64,000 nucleotides of DNA. It comes from Desulfovibrio sp. (GTDB lineage: Bacteria > Bacillota > Dethiobacteria > DTU022). The position numbers were made by a program, and so were the translations under genes. The stretch lies in contig JAGUZX010000043.1 of the NCBI GenBank assembly GCA_020060545.1, positions 21,020 to 85,019 on the forward strand, read 5' to 3'. Below, piece by piece: positions 57,418 to 64,000 of this stretch (positions within the stretch are counted from its first letter, which is position 1; each line of letters begins with the position of its first letter). Under the pieces are notes generated by a model. The model was given only the letters and a program-made list of their open reading frames with translations, ran no database searches and was not told the DNA's origin.

Positions 57418-57804
57418 ATGGAAATTGTGCAGGTTGTGGGCCTGGGTTTAATCGCCACACTGCTGGTTGTAATTTTGCGGGAATACCGCCCTGAACTGGC
57501 GATGCAGGTCTCCCTGGTGGCGGGTCTCATCGTGATGCTCCTGGTGGTGAACCGGATCGCGGGAGCGGTGCAGGTCATCACGGAAACGGCGGTAGGAGCG
57601 GGGATAAACCTGGTTTACCTGCAGACTTTGCTCAGGATCATCGGCATCGCCTACCTGGCAGAATTTGGCGCCCAAGCCTGCCGTGACGCCGGTGAAGGCA
57701 GTATTGCTTCGCGGGTTGAACTTGCCGCCAAGGTGATTATTCTGGTAATGGCGGTGCCGATTATCGTCGAGATTATGGAAAGCATCCTGCGCCTGATTCC
57801 CTAG
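57418..57804 (+). CDS. spoIIIAD: Stage III sporulation protein AD
   Basis: MEIVQVVGLGLIAT…IGIAYLAEFGAQ…AVPII is colinear with B. subtilis SpoIIIAD. Confidence 0.85.
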   Translation: MEIVQVVGLGLIATLLVVILREYRPELAMQVSLVAGLIVMLLVVNRIAGAVQVITETAVGAGINLVYLQTLLRIIGIAYLAEFGAQACRDAGEGSIASRVELAAKVIILVMAVPIIVEIMESILRLIP

Positions 57805-57815
57805 GAGAGGTAACG

Positions 57816-59009
57816 ATGAAGATGAAGCCACGCCCGGGCCATCGCCGATATTTCCATGCGGTTATAACGGCTGCCGGCATCCTGCTAATCCTGATGACGG
57901 CTGTTCCGGCCGCCGCCCAGCCGCCGCCCGGCTTGCAGCTGCGCGACGAGATCGATTTAAGTTTTTTTGAACGTTACTGGTTGGAGCTGGAACGGGAGGT
58001 CCAGGAATATCTACCCGGCCTGAGCTGGCGGAAGATTTTGGACAGCCTGCAATCCGGGGAGCCGGCCCTGGATCCCGGACGGATTATCAGAGGCCTGGGA
58101 CGCTTCTTGGCCGGCGAGGTGCTCCTGAACCTGAAACTGACGGGGCAGCTGCTGCTGCTGGTTGTGGCGGCGGCTTTTTTAAAAAACCTCGAGACCGCCT
58201 TTGAACGGGAGCAGGTGGCCGCCTTAACGCAAGTAATCGTTTTTATCGTCCTGGTCGGGATCTGCCTGCAAAGCTTCAGAGCGGCCTTAAGCCTGGCCGG
58301 AAACGCGATTAACAACATGGTCGATTTCACCCTGGCCATGCTGCCGACGCTGCTTGCCTTGCTGGCCGCTCAAGGCAGCCTGGCATCATCGGCGATGCTG
58401 CATCCGATGGTTGTATTCGGGATCAGTTTTTTCGCCGTGGCGATCCGGTCGGTTATTTTCCCCCTGCTCTTTTTTAGCGCCGTCCTGGGGCTGGCCAACC
58501 ATTTCTCTCCCCACTTTAAGGTAGGTAAGCTTTCCGACTTCACGAAGGATTTAAGTGTATGGGGTATGGGCATCAGTATGACCGTCTTTGTCGGGATCCT
58601 GGCCGTCCAGGGAGCGGCAGGCACGGTAGCCGACTCGGTAAGCCTCAGGACGGCCAAATATATGGCCGGTACATTTATTCCCGTCGTCGGGAAAATGCTA
58701 TCCGACGCGGTGGAAACTGTCGCGGGAGCCTCAATGATCCTGAAAAACGGGATCTACCTGGCCGGTGTCGTGGTGCTGCTGTTGCTGACGGTCTTCCCCT
58801 TGTTAAAAATCGCGGCGATGACTCTCGTGTTCAAGCTCAGCGCGGCCCTGGTTCAACCCCTTGGGGAAACGAACCTGTCGGATTGCATCAATACGATGGG
58901 GAATTGCCTGGCAATGCTTATGGGCGCTTTGGCCGCCGCGGCATTATTATTCTTTCTGGCCGTAACGGTGGTGGTCGGCGCGGGCAATGTGGCGATTATG
59001 TTCCGCTAA
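57816..59009 (+). CDS. spoIIIAE: Stage III sporulation protein AE
   Basis: Signal peptide plus polytopic membrane protein. 397 aa. Confidence 0.85.
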   Translation: MKMKPRPGHRRYFHAVITAAGILLILMTAVPAAAQPPPGLQLRDEIDLSFFERYWLELEREVQEYLPGLSWRKILDSLQSGEPALDPGRIIRGLGRFLAGEVLLNLKLTGQLLLLVVAAAFLKNLETAFEREQVAALTQVIVFIVLVGICLQSFRAALSLAGNAINNMVDFTLAMLPTLLALLAAQGSLASSAMLHPMVVFGISFFAVAIRSVIFPLLFFSAVLGLANHFSPHFKVGKLSDFTKDLSVWGMGISMTVFVGILAVQGAAGTVADSVSLRTAKYMAGTFIPVVGKMLSDAVETVAGASMILKNGIYLAGVVVLLLLTVFPLLKIAAMTLVFKLSAALVQPLGETNLSDCINTMGNCLAMLMGALAAAALLFFLAVTVVVGAGNVAIMFR

Positions 59010-59021
59010 AGGAGGAACCCG

Positions 59022-59630
59022 ATGATCGCGGTCCTGGGCAATCTGGTCCGAAACCTGGTTGTGATTATATTTGTAAACACCCTGCTGGAAATGCTTCTGC
59101 CGCGGGGGCAGTTTCACCGGTATATCCGCCTGGTGACGGGGCTGATCGTGATCATGATGGTGGTAAACGCCTTCACCGCGCTCTTGGTCAGGGTCCCCGA
59201 AACCTATTTCTCGATGCCGCCGGCGTCCTCTGCGATCGCCGGGGTTGACGAAAAAGGCACCTCGTTGTGGCTGCAAAGCAGGCGAAAAGCTTTGGCCCTC
59301 TTCAAAGATACATTGACGCAACTGATCCGCAAAGAAGTGGAGGCGGCAGGCTGGCGCTTCGTGGAAGCCCGGTTTACCCTGGAGGATGACCCGGCGCGAG
59401 ATAACTTCGGGATGCTTTACGCGGTGGAAGTGCAAGTTAGGGCGCTTGCCGGCGAATCCGGCAGACCAATCGAGGCGGTTTTAATCAACACGGTAGAAGT
59501 GGGTGCCGGAGCGGCGGGCACTGAAAGAAGCGAACGCTTCGATGCCGGCCGGGTGCCTGAACTGGAAGAGGTCCTGGCCCGGCGGCTCCAGGTTTCCGGC
59601 GGAATCATTAGCGTCGTGCGGCTGAATTAA
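59022..59630 (+). CDS. spoIIIAF: Stage III sporulation protein AF
   Basis: Two N-terminal TM helices. 202 aa. Confidence 0.8.
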   Translation: MIAVLGNLVRNLVVIIFVNTLLEMLLPRGQFHRYIRLVTGLIVIMMVVNAFTALLVRVPETYFSMPPASSAIAGVDEKGTSLWLQSRRKALALFKDTLTQLIRKEVEAAGWRFVEARFTLEDDPARDNFGMLYAVEVQVRALAGESGRPIEAVLINTVEVGAGAAGTERSERFDAGRVPELEEVLARRLQVSGGIISVVRLN

Positions 59631-59687
59631 AAGGTTTCGATCCGGGAACGGGCGCTTTTTTGATTAATTTTTGGGGAGGCAATCAGG

Positions 59688-60278
59688 TTGGAGCTCTTTG
59701 ATCGGGTCCGTAATTTATTCCACCGGCCCGGCCGGGACGGCGCCCGCCGGAAGACAGGTTCCCGTCTCCTGATCTTGCTGGTGGTTGGGGTTGGTTTGCT
59801 GGTTTTCAACTCTGTTTGCAGTCCGGGTGGGAAAAACGGTGCTTCAACCCGCTACGAAATAGCGCAGCCGGAAACAGGGTACCGGGAGGAACAGCAGGTT
59901 ATAGCGGAACTGGCGGCGGTGCTTAACCAGATCCGGGGGGTGAGCAACGTCCGGATTTATTTGACCGTGGAATCATCGGGGCTGGCGGAGGCGGTGGCGG
60001 ACCAGGAAAAAACTCGCCGGTTGACCGAGGAAAGCGACAGCGGAGGTGGGAGACGGGTCGTCGATGAAGAAACGCTGCGCCTGACGTATGTGAAGTTAAG
60101 GGATGCTCAAGGCAGGGAGGCGCCTTTGATCATCCGGCAGGCTCAGCCCCGCTACCGGGGGGTCCTTGTCGTTGCTGACGGTGTCGGCGATCCCGCGGTC
60201 AAGGCGCGGGTGGTGGAGGCGCTGCAGGCGGTCCTGAACCTGCCCTCCCACCGGATTACGGTCCTCCCGCGCGGTTAG
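59688..60278 (+). CDS. spoIIIAG: Stage III sporulation protein AG
   Basis: TM helix plus ring-forming domain. TTG start after GGGGAGG. Confidence 0.8.
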   Translation: MELFDRVRNLFHRPGRDGARRKTGSRLLILLVVGVGLLVFNSVCSPGGKNGASTRYEIAQPETGYREEQQVIAELAAVLNQIRGVSNVRIYLTVESSGLAEAVADQEKTRRLTEESDSGGGRRVVDEETLRLTYVKLRDAQGREAPLIIRQAQPRYRGVLVVADGVGDPAVKARVVEALQAVLNLPSHRITVLPRG

Positions 60279-60349
60279 AGGTAAGCAGTCTGAAGCCGGA
60301 GGCCGGAAAAACCGGGTTTTCCAAATTAAACGACAGGGGGAGGATGATC

Positions 60350-60874
60350 ATGAAGAAATACAAAAAATTGGTTTGGATGGTTTTTATCGCGGTCCTGGCC
60401 GGAGCGACGTGGTGGGTAATCGGCGGCCTGGACGTGGAGATGCAGAGCAGTTACGACGTGATCCCGGATGATGCGCTGGTGCTCGCAAATGTTGCCGAAA
60501 AAGACGACTGGGGTTTTGATCAGAGCGGCGCTTTTTTTGTGGAGTACCGCCTGCAGAGGCAAAGGATCAGGGACCAGGAAGTGGAGATGCTGCAGGAAGT
60601 TCTCAACAACCCCAATTCCAGCCAGGAGGGGAAGGAAGAGGCCGAGCACCTTCTCTTCGAAATTATCAAACTGATGGAACAGGAGCTGCTCGTAGAAAAT
60701 ATGATCAAGGCCCAGGGATACGAGGACGCCATCTTTTTTTACCGGAACCGGGTCGCTACCGTGATGATAAAGCAAAAAGAGCTCAGCGAAAGGCAATTCC
60801 TGCAAATTGCAGAGAGTGTGGCGGGGCTGCTGGGGATAGAGCGTGAATCGGTTCAGGTAATTACCAGATCTTGA
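60350..60874 (+). CDS. spoIIIAH: Stage III sporulation protein AH
   Basis: TM helix plus YscJ/FliF-like domain. ATG 6 nt after GGGGGAGG. Confidence 0.8.
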   Translation: MKKYKKLVWMVFIAVLAGATWWVIGGLDVEMQSSYDVIPDDALVLANVAEKDDWGFDQSGAFFVEYRLQRQRIRDQEVEMLQEVLNNPNSSQEGKEEAEHLLFEIIKLMEQELLVENMIKAQGYEDAIFFYRNRVATVMIKQKELSERQFLQIAESVAGLLGIERESVQVITRS

Positions 60875-60883
60875 GGCGATAAA

Positions 60884-60912
60884 TTGAACAAATAGTTACC
60901 CTTTGGTATAAT
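60884..60912 (+). promoter_or_regulatory. Consensus sigma-A promoter (TTGAAC-17-TATAAT) for the asp23 operon
   Basis: Perfect -10 and near-perfect -35 hexamers at optimal spacing. ~150-nt leader before the asp23 ATG. Confidence 0.6.
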
Positions 60913-61070
60913 AGAGCACAAGGGCATGGCCAATGTAGCTGAACTTAACAGAGAATTCCTGACCTCCGGTTTTGCTCAGGAGGGCCGGGGGATTAACTTT
61001 TTAGGGATCATTGCCCGCAGGGTCAGCTTCTACTGCGGCGTTGATGATCATAAGAACAGGAGGTTAAATT

Positions 61071-61481
61071 ATGTTTACCGAAGAAGGAAGGGCGATGCCC
61101 TCCGACTTGGGGACAATCCGTATCGCCGATGAAGTTGTTTCCGTTATTGCCGGCCTGGCGGCTATGGAAGTCGAAGGCGTGGCGGCTATGAGCGGCGGGA
61201 TCGCCGGCGGAATTGCCGAGGTTCTGGGACGGCGCAACCTGTCCAAAGGAATCAAAGTTGAAGTCGGCACCGAAGAAGCAAAGGCGGATATTTATATTAT
61301 TGTTAAATATGGAGTCAGGATCCCCGATGTGGCCTGGGAGATTCAAGAGAGTGTCAAAAAAGCGGTTGAAGGGATGACCGGGCTGCGGGTGCTGCAGGTA
61401 AATGTACATATTCAGGGAGTAAATTTCCCGTACAAGGACAAAGACGGCGGTGACAGGGAAGCTGAAGTTACGGTCAAATAG
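61071..61481 (+). CDS. asp23: Asp23/Gls24 family alkaline-shock protein
   Basis: DUF322/Asp23 domain. 136 aa. Confidence 0.85.
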   Translation: MFTEEGRAMPSDLGTIRIADEVVSVIAGLAAMEVEGVAAMSGGIAGGIAEVLGRRNLSKGIKVEVGTEEAKADIYIIVKYGVRIPDVAWEIQESVKKAVEGMTGLRVLQVNVHIQGVNFPYKDKDGGDREAEVTVK

Positions 61482-61512
61482 CTTGTAAACCAGTCAGGGG
61501 GGGGATTGGCAG

Positions 61513-62046
61513 GTGAAAGTATTGGCTCGTTTGGTCCTTGTTCTGTTGGGACTGCTATTGATTGGAACGGGTTTGTATATTCTGGCGGTAAGTGCGGATC
61601 TCGATCTCGCCGGCGGCGCCGCCCTGGCCGGGTTGGCTGACAAACCGGTCCTTGCCGCCATAGGCGCAGGCTTTCTGCTGGCGGGGCTGATCTTGATCTC
61701 TTTGGGTTTCCGCTCCCCGAAGAAAACGCCGGGAACGGTCCTCCAGGTCAGCGAGTTCGGGGAGATCCGGATTGCCATCGTTGCGATCGAGAACATGGTC
61801 CTGCGGGTGGTTCAACAAAACAAGGGTGTGAGGGATATCAGCCGGCGGGTGTTCGCTACGCCCCAGGGGTTGGTGATCAACATGCGCCTCCGGGTGGTCC
61901 CCGATCTCCAGCTGCCGGATTTAATCAGTGAACTGCAGGGCAAGGTTAAGAGCCATATCGAGGAGATTACCGGTATATTTGTGCAAGAAGTCAAAGTGAT
62001 GGTTGAGAATATCGTCCTGGATCAGGTGCCTGTAAAAGTGAAATAA
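61513..62046 (+). CDS. amaP: Asp23 membrane-anchor protein AmaP-like
   Basis: N-terminal TM helices and a C-terminal Asp23-like domain directly after asp23. Confidence 0.7.
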   Translation: MKVLARLVLVLLGLLLIGTGLYILAVSADLDLAGGAALAGLADKPVLAAIGAGFLLAGLILISLGFRSPKKTPGTVLQVSEFGEIRIAIVAIENMVLRVVQQNKGVRDISRRVFATPQGLVINMRLRVVPDLQLPDLISELQGKVKSHIEEITGIFVQEVKVMVENIVLDQVPVKVK

Positions 62047-62063
62047 CCGAGGAGGGAAGCGCT

Positions 62064-62291
62064 ATGCCGGATTTAAACTGGTGGAACCTGATGAGCAGGC
62101 ACTGGGGCAAGCTGCTTGGAGGACTCCTGGGCCTGATCTTTGCCCTGCTGGTCCTGAAATACGGGTGGTGGGGGGCGCTTTTTATCATTGCCTGTACCGC
62201 CGTCGGGATCTTTGCCGGCTGGCGCATTGATGTTTTCGGCGGGTTGCGAAACTTAATCGAGCGCTTCTTTTCGTCCCGCGAGAGCTATTAG
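62064..62291 (+). CDS. DUF2273 small membrane protein
   Basis: 75-aa two-TM protein, conserved partner in asp23 operons. Confidence 0.7.
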   Translation: MPDLNWWNLMSRHWGKLLGGLLGLIFALLVLKYGWWGALFIIACTAVGIFAGWRIDVFGGLRNLIERFFSSRESY

Positions 62292-62455
62292 CGGCCCGGC
62301 CCGGGGTTGATGAGCTTAACCGGCCTTACGTTGTTGTGCGTGTCAGCCGCCTCCCGGCTCCCTGTTGCAATCCCTCAACACGCTGCAGTCGTCTTTTTCC
62401 GGAGCGGGTGGAGGGTGAATACCGGATTGAAAAAATATACGGAGGGACACACTAA

Positions 62456-62872
62456 TTGAGCCGTCGTCTATCCCGAGAAGTAGCTTTCAGGGCCCTGTTC
62501 CAGGTCGATGTCGGCAAGTGCAGTCCGGCCCTGGCCCTGCGCCATTCCCTGGAAGGGTTTAGTTTTGCGCCCGCGGAAGAACAGTTTATCCGGGAATTGG
62601 TGGAAGGGACCCTCGAGCATCGTCCTTTTTTGGACGATTTAATCAGCAAGCACCTGGTCAGGTGGGAACTGAACCGCCTTTCAGCGGTAGACCGCAACCT
62701 GTTGCGGTTGGCCCTGCACGAAATCCTTCACCGGCCCGATATACCCAGCGCTGTTTCGATTAATGAAGCCCTTGAACTGGCCAAAAAATATGGCAGCAGC
62801 GGGGAGACGGTCGGTTTCATTAACGGTGTGCTCGACCGGGTGGTTGGAGAAGCGCTTCACCGGGAGAGCTGA
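62456..62872 (+). CDS. nusB: Transcription antitermination factor NusB
   Basis: SRRLSREVAFRALFQVDV N-terminal signature. TTG start after GGAGGGA. 138 aa. Confidence 0.9.
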   Translation: MSRRLSREVAFRALFQVDVGKCSPALALRHSLEGFSFAPAEEQFIRELVEGTLEHRPFLDDLISKHLVRWELNRLSAVDRNLLRLALHEILHRPDIPSAVSINEALELAKKYGSSGETVGFINGVLDRVVGEALHRES

Positions 62873-62877
62873 CGGTA

Positions 62878-63822
62878 ATGTTCCTGGGCCTTGATACCTC
62901 CGCTTATACCACCTCCCTGGCCCTGGTGGACCGGGAGGAGCGGTTAATCTGGGAAAGCCGCCTGCCCCTGCCGGTACGGGAGGGCGGGCTGGGGCTGCGC
63001 CCCTCCGAAGCCGTTTTTCATCACCTGTTAAACTTGCCCCGCCTTTGGGCCGCAGGCGCCGCTCATCTTGAAGCAGCTTCCCTGGCGGCGGTGGCCGCCT
63101 CGGCCAGGCCGCGGCCATGGCCAAGTTCCTACATGCCGGTCTTTAAAGTCGGCGAAGCCTTTGGCGCTTTTACCGCGCAAACCTCCGGCCTTATTTTTTT
63201 GCCTTCAACGCACCAGGAAGGACATATCATGGCCGGTCTCTGGTCGGCCGGGTTGCCTCCGGGCCGCTACCTGGTCCTGCATCTTTCCGGCGGCACGACC
63301 GAGCTTCTGGCTGCAGAAGAAAGTACGCCGGGTAATCTGGCGATCACCCTGCAGGGCGGCGCCGCGGATTTGAATGCCGGACAGTTTATCGACCGGATTG
63401 GAGTGGCCATGGGCCTCAAGTTTCCCGCCGGGCCCGCCCTGGAACGGTTGGCCCGCGGCGGCAACACCGGGGCGGTCGTCCTGCCCGTAGCGCAGAAAGG
63501 GACGGCGTTCAGTTTTTCGGGGCCCGCCAGCCACGCCCGGCGCCTTCTGGAGCGAGGCTGCCCGCGGGCGGACCTGGCCCGGGCTGTCGAAGTCTGCGTC
63601 GCCGATTCCCTGGTCAGGGCGATCAAATCATTGGACGGAGCGGCCGGCTTCCGGGCCCTGCTCCTCGTGGGAGGGGTGGCGGCCAACCTTTTTATCCGGG
63701 AATACATCAGGCAGGGGCTTCCGGAGCTGCCCTTGCATTGTGCTGCAGCTGAATTTTCCGGGGACAATGCGGTGGGGTTGGCCGTATTGGCCGCGCGTAA
63801 ATTCAACTTTCACCGGCTTTGA
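62878..63822 (+). CDS. Divergent Kae1/TsaD (peptidase M22) family protein
   Basis: LGLDTSAYTTSLALVD N-terminus, H-x-E-G-H metal motif (THQEGH), SGG and GGVAAN motifs. It is shorter (314 aa) than canonical TsaD and has substituted loop regions. Confidence 0.65.
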   Translation: MFLGLDTSAYTTSLALVDREERLIWESRLPLPVREGGLGLRPSEAVFHHLLNLPRLWAAGAAHLEAASLAAVAASARPRPWPSSYMPVFKVGEAFGAFTAQTSGLIFLPSTHQEGHIMAGLWSAGLPPGRYLVLHLSGGTTELLAAEESTPGNLAITLQGGAADLNAGQFIDRIGVAMGLKFPAGPALERLARGGNTGAVVLPVAQKGTAFSFSGPASHARRLLERGCPRADLARAVEVCVADSLVRAIKSLDGAAGFRALLLVGGVAANLFIREYIRQGLPELPLHCAAAEFSGDNAVGLAVLAARKFNFHRL

Positions 63823-64000
63823 AAAAGATGAAATATTAAGAGGGAAACCCCAAAAATGCGGCGAATAAAACATGGGTTGTGCATTTTACAACGAACATCT
63901 AAACGCGCGCGATGCATCACTATTAAAGGAGGAAAGGATATTGTACAGGCTTATAACAAAAAAAGTACTCTCAAGCGTCCATAAGTTGTTTGAAGTGGAT

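Noticed and set aside
60926-61132. 68-aa ORF in the asp23 leader
   Set aside because: No RBS. It overlaps the asp23 start in another frame. The region is better explained as the 5' UTR downstream of the consensus promoter.
1-64000. CRISPR arrays, tRNA/rRNA genes, defence-system genes
   Set aside because: No regularly spaced direct repeats and no tRNA-like cloverleaf regions were seen. No helicase, nuclease or methylase gene combinations typical of defence islands are present.

Overview
A 64 kb high-GC window from a Gram-positive, spore-forming anaerobe. The spoIIIAA-AH operon, pro-sigma-K, the yrzL-yqgF-yrzB-mltG and yqeG-type Firmicute synteny, a periplasmic [NiFe] hydrogenase and type IV pili point to a Clostridia/Peptococcaceae (Desulfotomaculum-like) organism. 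Almost all of it is coding, and it holds four gene blocks plus one integrated regulatory layer. (1) Housekeeping block: alaS, ireB-like, ruvX, DUF1292, mltG. (2) A previously undescribed accessory locus: a SARP/BTAD regulator with a degenerate GGDEF domain whose RxxD I-site is intact; two small tandem paralogs, the second split by a complete IS element with terminal inverted repeats and a target-site duplication; a receiver-domain fused to a SipW-type signal peptidase; two TasA/camelysin-like SipW-cognate proteins; an LPPTNG-anchored protein; a transglutaminase-like secreted protein; and two c-di-GMP-I (GEMM) riboswitches. (3) A 12-gene minus-strand operon encoding RnfC-like, RnfD-like, HybA-like, the [NiFe] hydrogenase small and large subunits, the maturation protease and hypABFCDE, flanked by gene remnants. 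(4) An 11-gene type IV pilus operon preceded by a third GEMM riboswitch. Its PilB carries an MshEN-type c-di-GMP-binding motif and a C-terminal tandem DUF11 extension. (5) Conserved sporulation/housekeeping genes: sigK, feoAB, efp, spoIIIAA-AH, asp23-amaP, nusB and a divergent TsaD-like gene. The unifying theme is c-di-GMP control of extracellular fibre systems: three riboswitches, the REC-SipW fusion and a GGDEF-effector-type regulator.
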